64,000 nucleotides of DNA from the NCBI GenBank assembly GCA_951406725.2, contig OX597832.1, positions 66,650,001 through 66,714,000 of the forward strand, read 5' to 3'. How positions within the stretch are numbered: the stretch's first letter is position 1; the number at the start of each line of letters is the position of its first letter. A program made the position numbers and the translations under genes. Shown piece after piece: positions 54,371 through 64,000 of this stretch. This DNA is from Octopus vulgaris (Eukaryota). The notes under the pieces were generated by a model that had not been told where the DNA came from, did not search any database, and was given only the letters and a program-made list of their open reading frames with translations.

Positions 54371-56249
54371 TCTAATTCTTGTTCTTATATGGAATATTTC
54401 AATTTTAATACTCCTTTTGATTTCATTCTAAATGTAGTATCGTTTATAAAGGATTTGATTTGTACAATAATTGCACGAGCTACTTAGGCTTGAAAAATGT
54501 CTCAGTTCACAGCTACATATCACGTAAAATTAAATGATAATTTCTCGGTATACTGGTTGCAATATTAACGTTCTTTAGAATGAAGATTAAAAAATTATGT
54601 AGGTAATCCCCCTGAATGAGGCGTTGGTCTGTTATGTAAGTAATTTTGAATTCCATTTGAGACAATGTATCGTGATGAATCCACAAATTGAATTTCAAAT
54701 TCATATTGCAGAATAGACAAGCTGAGAGGTGAAAGTGAAATTAATATGTATTATTAATAAGTATCGTATATACATTTGCACCCACACAGACATACACATA
54801 TACAGAAACCCACGCATGCAACCAGAGAGAGAGATAGAGATAGGAAAGAAAGAAATATTAGAAGCGAGATCTTCGCAAGCTAAATATCTTGGCTCTGGTC
54901 TGAGAAAGACATACCTATATATAACTGCATGTCACAAGCAGATTTCCATTTGCACATGATTTTTGGCAGGCAATAGTTCACCGACACCATGATGGATGTT
55001 GATAGTAACCTTGAAACAAAGATACAAATATATTTGATGTAAACGTATTATCTGAATATCAAAAGAGGAATTTTACAAATCAAGAAAATATACGCCGTTG
55101 TATGTACAAATTTCCAAATGGTCTTGCTGTATTATATAACAAAAAGGAAGATTGGTAAAGAAAATCTAATTCTTTTAGTTCTATATTCATAGTTGTAATC
55201 AGAAGAATAACTCTCAATGGTTACATTAAACACAAGGATTGTGTCTCAGACGAGTAGAGGCAGGATCTACCGATTCTATAAAATCTGAGGTAGGATCTGG
55301 CCATTCGAGAAAATCTGTTTTATTTGGGTATTAAATAATTTATTACAGCCATTTTGGTGCTACCTATGAGGGGACGTTGATTTAACGCTGCCTTATTTGA
55401 CAAAAGTCATTTTAAAGATTTTCCCTCCCACTATGTGTGTGAGTGTATGTGTATCTATAAAAAGTGAGGGAAATTGTTTATGTTAATTGTGTCGAATTAA
55501 TAAATTGTAATATATCTCCCCTATCAATCTTTTATTTGTTTATATATACCTCACTGCAAAAGTACGCACGTCAGTGCATTCTTTGTGTATGTGCGTTAGT
55601 ATGTGTGTGTGAGTGCTGGTTTTCAGTGCCAAAACTTACTGATACCACACGAACTGAATATCCATTCAGCTGCGCAAAATCGATGGCGTCTTAAGAGTCG
55701 CGCTCAGTCGCGGACAGACCAAACTATGAACTATCCGACGCCACGAAGATTATGGAGTTGCTCTAGAGATTTGCAAATATAAAATCTAGAACCAGCAACA
55801 TAGCATAAACGAACTCAAAGTTTACTTTATTAACATAGAAATAGTAATAAAAAACTTCATACGACCCTCGGTTTACTCATTGGGTTTGCATTATTTAAGA
55901 GATTATCTCGTTTAGAAAATGAACTTGTTAGCTTAGATTTATATCCAAAGGAAAAATAAATTTATTCCGGTTGAGAATTCCAGACAATGAATTATTTTAG
56001 TATGGGGCAAATTTGTTATTTATTCACGAGAGTCCTTGTTTTGGGTTTTCTTTGACGAAACATGAAGAGACGAGGACATTAGTAGATGGCGAGTAAAGCT
56101 GGCCTGGCCCCGGAATGTTTCTCTGGGCAGATAAAACTCTAATTGTAACAGGAAAGAATGTGATAGGCTTCAGGGAGTCTATTGGTCCCTGATTGTAATG
56201 CGCCGCTAAGCGACGTCAAGCGAAATATTTTATTTATTTAAGAGTGGGG

Positions 56250-56760
56250 GGTTAAGAATTTGGAACATGGGGTATGAGATAACTTAATATGATTTCTATC
56301 ACAATTTTGTAAGGAGTTAAATACTCGTATGCAGTTTATGGGGATGAATATATTTTTGTCTCTACAGAAAAATGCAAGGTCTTGTGGTGGAAATATAGAA
56401 GTACACAGGAGTTGTACGATGCAAAGTTATATCGAAGAGATATTGAATTTGCCATTACAACTGCGCAGTTTCTAAGAGCTGTTTACAAACTATCTGCAGG
56501 AATTAATTGAAGATTCCATAATACTGCAGTAATAACCGTATCCATACCTTGTACATTAGTTCTATAAATATTCAGAAATGTACATTTCACTGATAAGATC
56601 TAATTGTTACCAAAAATAAAGAGAAAATATAATGTAAGCTGTTGAGAAACTCGTTTTAAGAAGAGGTCAGTGTTCGAATAGGACAGTAAATATAAATCGA
56701 ACAGACTTGGTTATGAGAAATTTTACATGGCTGAGTAAGCATTTAAAATTAAACTATTAA
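56250..56760 (+). pseudogene. Very weak TIR-like remnant downstream of the LRR fragments
   Basis: YAVYGDEYIFV...IEVHRS...IEEI/AITTAQFL...VFE*D...FTWLSKHL loosely follows TIR box order. Confidence 0.2.
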
Positions 56761-57410
56761 TATACCGTTTTACGGACGGCTAGATATCGCCAAAGGGTGT
56801 CCCGAAATCATTATATTAGCGACTGGACATGAAAGCAGCGAATATATAAACCAATGCAGGTTGGCAAGTAGACAAACTGAAACTTCGTTATACCAATTAA
56901 AGATATGAAAACGCGATAGCAATGTCTGGATTAAGAACGAACTTTGTTTTTCTGTATAATATTTACTGAACAAGTTAGTAATATGTATGTATGGAGGGAT
57001 GTATGTATGTATGTACGCATGTATGTGTGTATGTGTGGATACATGCATGGATGTATGCATATATGTTGGTAGGTTCCTATATATGGATGTAAGTTGATAG
57101 ATAAGTATGCATGTATGAATGTGTACATGTATGTACGCATTTAGTTATATAAGTATTTATGGATTATACATATATGTCTATAAGTCAGAGAATATAAATG
57201 CATTCATACATATATATTTGCACACACGCGCACATACATTTATACATATTTATATATGTATGTAAGTGTGTATATATGTGTCTGTGAATGTGTGTCTATA
57301 TATTACATATGCCGTATTATTTACCTATATACACAAAGACATATGTAATTCTCTCTCAATGTTTCTTTCTTATTCACTGATATATATATATATGTATATG
57401 CATATGCATG

Positions 57411-57509
<99 letters not shown>

Positions 57510-57633
57510 TAAAAGTAATTCCAACCTTGTCTGATTTTCACGTTTTATTTACAATCTTATAATGATATAATATAATATAATATAATATAATATAATAAAA
57601 TAAAATAATAGAATGTTAAACGTTCATTCTGAT

Positions 57634-57678
57634 TGAACTAGTACTTTCATGCATTAAATTCTGCAATCTTCAGGTTCA
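57634..57678 (-). ncRNA. Type I hammerhead ribozyme motif (PLE2 left arm)
   Basis: TGAAC-CTGAAGA-TTGCAGAATTTAATGCAT-GAAA-GTAC-TA-GTTCA: stem I TGAAC/GTTCA, stem II TGCA/TGCA, palindromic stem III. Confidence 0.8.
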
Positions 57679-58109
57679 TATAGTAGTAGTGACAGTCATG
57701 CTTCACAATTTTTGACTGTAGCGAGATGATTGAATCTGTGCTTTAAATACAGCTGTGTAGGCTCCAGATGCTAGGTTTTGCAAACTGTATTCTGACCAAT
57801 CAGTGTGTAGTATCACTCAATTACTTAAGCTGATTGGTTGGTTGAGCTGATTGGTTGGTTGAGCTAATTGGTTTAGGCGTCACGCTTTGTTGGACATGTC
57901 AGACGTCCTGTATCTTGACCCTGGCCGAAGCAGCAATTGTTGGGCTATTTTTAGAAATGGTGTAAATAGCCTTTGTCAGAGATTTTTATATTTTTATATT
58001 TCAATTTTTCATCATCATCATTGTCAGCACCTTAATTATTGTTGCTAGTGATGGCAATATAACTTTTAACCCTAAATAAGATATATTTCCTGCTATCTAA
58101 GTATTATTA

Positions 58110-59214
58110 TTATTGCTTATTTAGCTTGGGTTCCAATTTATCAATAACATTCTTTTCTCTGATTTTCCTCTCGATTTCACTTGGGCTGTGTAATTTGTAG
58201 AATGGAAATATTATATATATATTCCGGCCACATGTTTCTAGGTGGTTACTCAAAGGTATCTCACGGACCTCTGGGTCTCTAATATGTTGTCGGTGTACAC
58301 GTGAACGTTCTGGTAGTGCGTTTCCCGTCTGACATAATATATATTTCTTCACAATTCGGGCATTTTGATGCAGTAACTTAAATTTCTGCTTTTGCAGTTC
58401 ATATTCGCGTTTGTGAATATTTTCCCGGTTTTTGTGTTTATATATTGGCCGGTATGTATGAATTGGCATGTGCCACATCGGCTATCATTGCATTTAGATA
58501 CAGTGAATGTTTGGTCTTTGTTGCTAAGGTCAAATTTTGCCTTTGTTAGTAATTTTTGCAAGCTTTTAGGCTGTCTTTTACTAAGCACCATAGCTCGATC
58601 CGTGATTATGTCTTTTAATTCATTATTTTGGGCAATGATTGGTAGGTTTGCTTTGGTTGAAGATATTCTAGTGACATGGGTTGTGTGTCATTATGAATGG
58701 TATGACTTGATGTTGTTTCCTTTTTCTTGGGTTGTCCTACGTTGTTGTATGGGTATTTTTAGAGCCCGCTGTATGCCATTTTCTATAAGTAGAGATGGGT
58801 ATTTTTGTTTGAGCAGAACTTCTCTTGGTTTTATTAGGCGTTTGTTCCTGATATTTGCATCTTCTATAATGGTACAAATTCTTCTGGCTAGGCAGTATGG
58901 GATGTTGCGTTTTGTATGTGGTGGATGGCACGACTTAAAATTTAGGTATTGATGTGTGTCTGTGTGTTTATAGAATATATCTGTGGTGATGGTGGTGTCT
59001 TTTTTAATTACCATTATATCTAGGAATGGTAATTTGGTACTACTCATCCCCTTTGTAAATTGGAGAGAAGGGTGTAGGTTGTTCAGGAGGATATTGAAAT
59101 CTTCCAGAGTATTTAGAGATTCTGTCCAGATTATGAAGCAGTCGTCAAGGTATCTCTTCCATGCCTTTTCAATATACTTACTATATCCAGTGTCATAGTT
59201 TACCTCCACCTCTT
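58110..59214 (-). pseudogene. PLE RT C-terminus/thumb, Cys linker and GIY-YIG endonuclease (frameshifted)
   Basis: WKRYLDDCFIIW; LPFLDIMV; TDIFYKHTDTHQYLNFKSCHPPHTKRNIPY; KCNDSRCGTC; MNCKSRNL.YCIKCPNC; ERSRVHR; REKNVIDKLEPKLN. Confidence 0.92.
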
Positions 59215-59530
59215 GGAAAATATTCACAAACGCGAATATGAACTGCAAAAGCAGAAATTTAATTTACTGCATCAAATGCCCGAATTGTGAAGAAATATAT
59301 GTAGGTCAGACGGGAAACGCACTATCAGAACGTTCACGTGTACACCGACGACAGATTAGAGACCCAGAGGTCTGTGAGATACATTTAAGTAACCACCTAG
59401 CAACATGTGGCCGGAAAATTTAAATAATATTCCCATTCTAAAAATTACACAGCCCAAGTGAAATCGAGAGGAAAATCAGAGAAAATAATTTTATTGATAA
59501 ATTGGAACCCAAGCTAAATAAGCAATAATA
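59215..59530 (+). pseudogene. Inverted second copy of the GIY-YIG domain
   Basis: MNCKSRNLIYCIKCPNCEEIYVGQTGNALSERSRVHR; premature stops. Confidence 0.9.
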
Positions 59531-59749
59531 ATAAAACTTAGATAGCAGGAAATATATCTTATTTAGGTTTAAAAGTTATATTGCCATCACTAGCAACAAT
59601 AATTAAGGTGCTGACAATGATGATGATGACAATTGAAATATAAAATATAAAAATCTCTGACAAAGGCTATTTACAACATTTCGAAAAATAGCCCAACAAT
59701 TGCTGCTTCGGCCAGGGTCAAGATACAGGACTCTTGACATGTCCAACAA

Positions 59750-59910
59750 ATCGTGACGCCTAAACCAATCAGCTCAACCAACCAATCAGCTTAAGTAATT
59801 GAGTGATACTACACACTGATTGGTCAAAATACAGTTTGCAAAACCTAGCATCTGGAGCCTACACAGCTGTATTTAAAGCACATATTCAATCATCTCGCTA
59901 CAGTCAAAAA
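59750..59910 (+). promoter_or_regulatory. Putative pseudo-LTR Pol II promoter (mirror copy at ~57710-57885, minus strand)
   Basis: GTGACG, two tandem CCAATCAGC boxes plus a reversed CTGATTGG, then TATTTAAA (~59870) and an Inr-like TACAGTC ~30 nt downstream, just before the hammerhead. Confidence 0.45.
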
Positions 59911-59940
59911 TTGTGAAGCATGACTGTCACCACTACTACA

Positions 59941-59985
59941 TGAACCTGAAGATTGCAGAATTTAATGCATGAAAGTTCTAGTTCA
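59941..59985 (+). ncRNA. Hammerhead motif (PLE2 right arm), stem III palindrome mutated GTAC>GTTC
   Basis: TGAACCTGAAGATTGCAGAATTTAATGCATGAAAGTTCTAGTTCA. Confidence 0.7.
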
Positions 59986-60136
59986 ATCAGAATGAACATT
60001 TAACATTCTATTATTTTATTTTATTATATTATATTATATTATGTTATCTTATATCATTATAAAAGTGTAAATAAAACGTGAAAATCAATGTTGGAATTCC
60101 TTTTATTAATATATTCTTCTATACACAATCACACCC

Positions 60137-60218
<82 letters not shown>

Positions 60219-60667
60219 TTATATACATATATATATATATGTATTTATTTTTAAACTCACATATGGCAGAAAAAGAAGAAAAACAACGAAATCACAGTCT
60301 TCGGATAAATTATGGACGTACGTTGATTTCCTTATCAACATAATATTTCCCATAAATCTAGAAATGCTGGGAAAACTTACCTCTTATATTTTCGATTAAG
60401 TGACATAAAAAGATACAAAAGTCAACTAGCATATCCACACTTATATAGACAAGTGAATCCGTATTATTTTTGTAGTAAAAGGAAATAGTAGCCCTATGAC
60501 TGCTATTTCAAATATTTTCGGTGTGTGGTTTAAGCAACTTTTTGCAAAAGACCATTATTATTATAATTATATCAATTTTTACCGAAAGTGGTCCTTTTCC
60601 ATACCGCAATACTATTAGGTTAAATTTGTTGATTTTATTAACTCAATTATATTTCACCCTATATCTG

Positions 60668-60822
<155 letters not shown>

Positions 60823-62132
60823 TATATATTAGTGAATAAGTGACATACAGAAATAATTATACAGATAACTATAGAGAAGGGTAAGAAAAGATAAAGGATG
60901 GCAACTGAATGATAGTTTCTTATCTGTCGTCGTTGGTTTGACTAACACCCGTCCAGAAATGCTGTCCGTCAAATTAACTAATTTTACCGAAATATATTTC
61001 TTGAGTTATTCTACGTTTATCACTATATACCATTGAAGACAATTCCGACCAATCTCTTTTATTCGATCTACATCTAGCTTTATAAAAATCAAACAGGTTT
61101 TTAGACACTTGTTATTGTTGTTTCTTCTTCTCTTTTCTTCATTTATATATAAATTAGTTTCTTGTTATATTTGCTCTTATGAACAATATATTTTCAGATG
61201 CGTCAATTTACAGAAATTCACCGCTAATATTCAAATGGAGTGTTTCGAAAAGTTAATTAATTTCATTAAATTAATAAATAAATTGAACTTGTCATAAGCC
61301 AAATATTCTGTAGACACGCGTAGACAAAGGTACAGAACTAATGTAGTGATACAAAAATTCAGACGGCACACGCTTTCATAATTATCTACAAAATATAAGT
61401 CCCAGATGAATATAAGAATACACATACATGGTATAGTGTATATATGCATACATACATATATACACATATGTACACGCACACACATGTATGTATATACGCA
61501 CATTGACAGTCACACGTATATTTACGTATATATATGCACTTATATATGCATGTATATCTATATGCTAGTATACACACACATATATATATATGTGCATATG
61601 AGTGTAAGTTTGTATACATTTGTATATGTGTGTGTATATATATTGTGCATGTGCGCCTGTGCATACGTATATTTCTATTGTTATTATAACTGTCGAGGCA
61701 TGACATACCTCCTTCTCATCTCAAATCTAATTATAATATAAATTTAATTCATTATTTAATAACAGTAAAACTAAGCCACTTGTTAACATGTGACCTTTTC
61801 TCTCATTGTATCGTATTGTTTGAATTCACTACTAAAATCTATAATATTGCTATTCGCCTTGTCAGAATCTGTATTCTAATCGTACCCTTTTAACAAGTTT
61901 ATCTATAGTAAAAAATTCAATTCATAATAGAAATCTTGAAGATAACGAAAAGCGATTCGAAGATCTATCATTTTATGCCATATAAATCATGCTAAGTGTA
62001 AAATGATAAATTACCACGCGCCCAAGGAGGCTGATATTAGAAGAAATAATGTTCTGTTTCAAATGTAGATTAAGAGTTATACATGTGCATAAAACCATAT
62101 ATCTATCTATATATATATATATATATATCTAT

Positions 62133-62234
<102 letters not shown>

Positions 62235-62248
62235 CTCTCTCTCTCTCT

Positions 62249-62302
<54 letters not shown>

Positions 62303-62307
<5 letters not shown>

Positions 62308-62635
62308 TTAAGGGTAGAAATCAATATTTATCAATTAAAACCAGTGGTCTTGCATATTAAAAAAAAGAATCCGAAGATTAAATATTTATATATACCAATT
62401 AAGGACTGACGAAGACTGACGAAGACTACGGGTATCCTTACGGATAATAATAGTCGAAACTGATTCAGTACATGGATGAGTATTGTTTTTCGTATATTTT
62501 CACTTGTTTATTGCTTGGGTTGGTGTTGAGTTTGATCTGAGAACATAATCTTTTGTGGAGAATGGCGATTTGACGTCTTTATTTAGCATGTTGACTGTCC
62601 ACTTTTTCGTGTTCAGTCCTTAATTGGTATATATA
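62303..62635. mobile_element. Miniature non-coding fold-back element with hammerhead core, between (TA)n tracts
   Basis: Perfect inverted repeat TATATATACCAATTAAGGACTGA (62387-62409 / 62613-62635), ~85-nt tail left of the left arm, and an internal hammerhead core. Confidence 0.7.
62416..62475 (+). ncRNA. Hammerhead core with long stem II; 5' strand of stem I apparently lost
   Basis: CTGACGA-A-GACTA...(TATCC/GGATA)...TAGTC-GAAA-CTGATTCAG-TA-CATGG; upstream is a 10-bp duplication GACTGACGAA rather than CCATG. Confidence 0.65.
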
Positions 62636-62948
62636 TATATATATGACTTAAGCAGTAGAAGTTGATTCATTAAGTTGGTGAAACAAATGAAACTAGAAGT
62701 AAGGCAGAAAATATACTAAGGTATATAGCGCTACACATTTAAGTATATCATGATTTAATTTTGAAACCTATCTAGCTAAACAACAATTTGTCCTTCGTCT
62801 TGCACCCGATATATGAAAAGAAACTGTGTGGTTACGGAAATCAACGAATACACATAAATACATGCATGCATACGTCCGTTCATACATACATACATAAATG
62901 CATACATACATAAATGCATACATGCATAAATGCATACATACATATATA

Positions 62949-63333
62949 GGATCAGGACTGGCTGTATGGTAAGAAGCTTGCTTCTCGACCACACGGTTCC
63001 GGGTTCAGTGCACTGCGTGGCACCTTGGGCAAGTGTCTTCTGCTATAGCTTCGACCGCACCAAAGTCATGTGAGTAGATTTGGTGTTTGTGTGTGTGTAT
63101 GTATGTGTATGTGCGTGTGCGCGTATGTATTTTTGTGTCTGTGTCTGTGCCTTACCATCGTTTGCCAACCGATGTTTATGTGTTTGCGTCCCCGTAACTT
63201 AGCAGTTTTGCAAAGGAGGTGAATAAGTTCTAGGCTTACAAAAAATAAGTCCCGATGTCGATTTGTTCGACTAAAGGAGGTGCTCCAGCATGGCCACAGT
63301 CAAATGACTGAAACAAGTATGTGAATAAAGAAT
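62949..63333 (+). mobile_element. tRNA-derived SINE with internal (TG)n
   Basis: TGGCTGTATGGTAAGAAGC (A-box) ...CCGGGTTCAGT (B-box)...CACCTTGGGCAAGTG (CORE-like)...GGTGCTCCAGCATGGCCACAGTCAAATGACTGAAAC. Confidence 0.85.
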
Positions 63334-63360
63334 ACTCCCTCTATTTCTTTTCACCTGTCC

Positions 63361-63396
63361 CTTTCTGTTGAAGAACGTAGGCTCGAAACGTAAAAG
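63361..63396 (+). ncRNA. Variant minimal hammerhead-like motif
   Basis: CTTT-CTGTTGA-AGAACGTAGGCTC-GAAA-CG-TA-AAAG: stem I CTTT/AAAG, non-canonical core CUGUUGA, stem II with one mismatch. Confidence 0.45.
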
Positions 63397-63481
63397 TCTT
63401 TCTCACCTACCCTAGTGTTAAACTAATAGACTTTGTTGTTTATACACCTGCCTCCGTCTTTTCCCTCTCTCCCTCCATCAT

Positions 63482-63526
<45 letters not shown>

Positions 63527-64000
63527 ATATATATAATTTTTTGAAAGGGTAATAAAAATCTACGAATATATACTAAATACACAGGCGAACAGAAAACACA
63601 GAAAGACACCAACTTCTCTTTAGTTACCGGCCAGAGGTTCAAATCACAGTTTCGGTCATTATCGATAATATTCCTTCCACTCTGGCGGCACCGGTAAGAA
63701 GCATGCCGCGAATGGGACCAAAACATACCAAGACGAGACGGGTACGAGACGAGACCGACCGTTAGAAAAATGACGGAGGACAAAACAATAAACAAGATAA
63801 AGAAAAGAAAATGGGCATTAGAAAGTTAATAATTGTTTATACTTAACAGCAAATTGATCATCGTCACTTACAACCGTTTAAATTAACGCTCAAGAAACAT
63901 TAAATTTACATTAATGTGCTGGTATGTGATGATGATCGATTTATTATTAATTATAAACAATCATTAACTTTCTAATGGCCATTTTCTTTTCTTGTTATGT

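Larger units (their letters stand above)
57501..60140. mobile_element. Penelope-like element 2 (Neptune-like): 5'-truncated fold-back with ~0.9-kb inverted arms in (TA)n
   Basis: Arms at 57501-58425 and 59215-60114; spacer 58426-59214 carries the RT C-terminus; 26-nt tail 60115-60140 on the right only; hammerhead in each arm. Confidence 0.92.

Noticed and set aside
58392-58952. 186-aa plus-strand ORF, and the MQFIFAFVNIF start of ORF 58691..59248
   Set aside because: Antisense shadow of the PLE ORF; the shared N-terminus is an artefact of the inversion junction.

Overview
AT-rich, microsatellite-saturated animal genomic DNA. The SINE families, (TA)n/(TAA)n/(GATA)n load and protocadherin-like remnants suggest an octopus or other coleoid cephalopod (inference). 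I see no intact host gene, and most ORFs in the track are microsatellite translations. Contents: (1) a near full-length but dead R4/Dong-type RLE retrotransposon (~7850-11900) plus several truncated relatives, mostly sitting in (TAA)n tracts; (2) two Penelope-like elements (PLEs; 30014-32586 and 57501-60140), each a ~2.6 kb fold-back with ~1 kb inverted arms, embedded in (TA)n, with a minimal hammerhead ribozyme in each arm; (3) two ~0.3 kb non-coding miniatures with the same inverted-arm + tail + hammerhead layout (22549-22830, 62303-62635); (4) three mariner remnants, RTE fragments, an ORF1-only zinc-knuckle element and tRNA-derived SINEs; (5) decayed host-gene copies: a stathmin pseudogene (fairly clear) and protocadherin-like and LRR/Toll-like remnants (weak). 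The most notable pattern is the recurrent fold-back PLE/hammerhead architecture at two size scales, including one case where flanking DNA is also duplicated in inverted orientation. All alignments and folds were done by eye, so boundaries are approximate unless stated.
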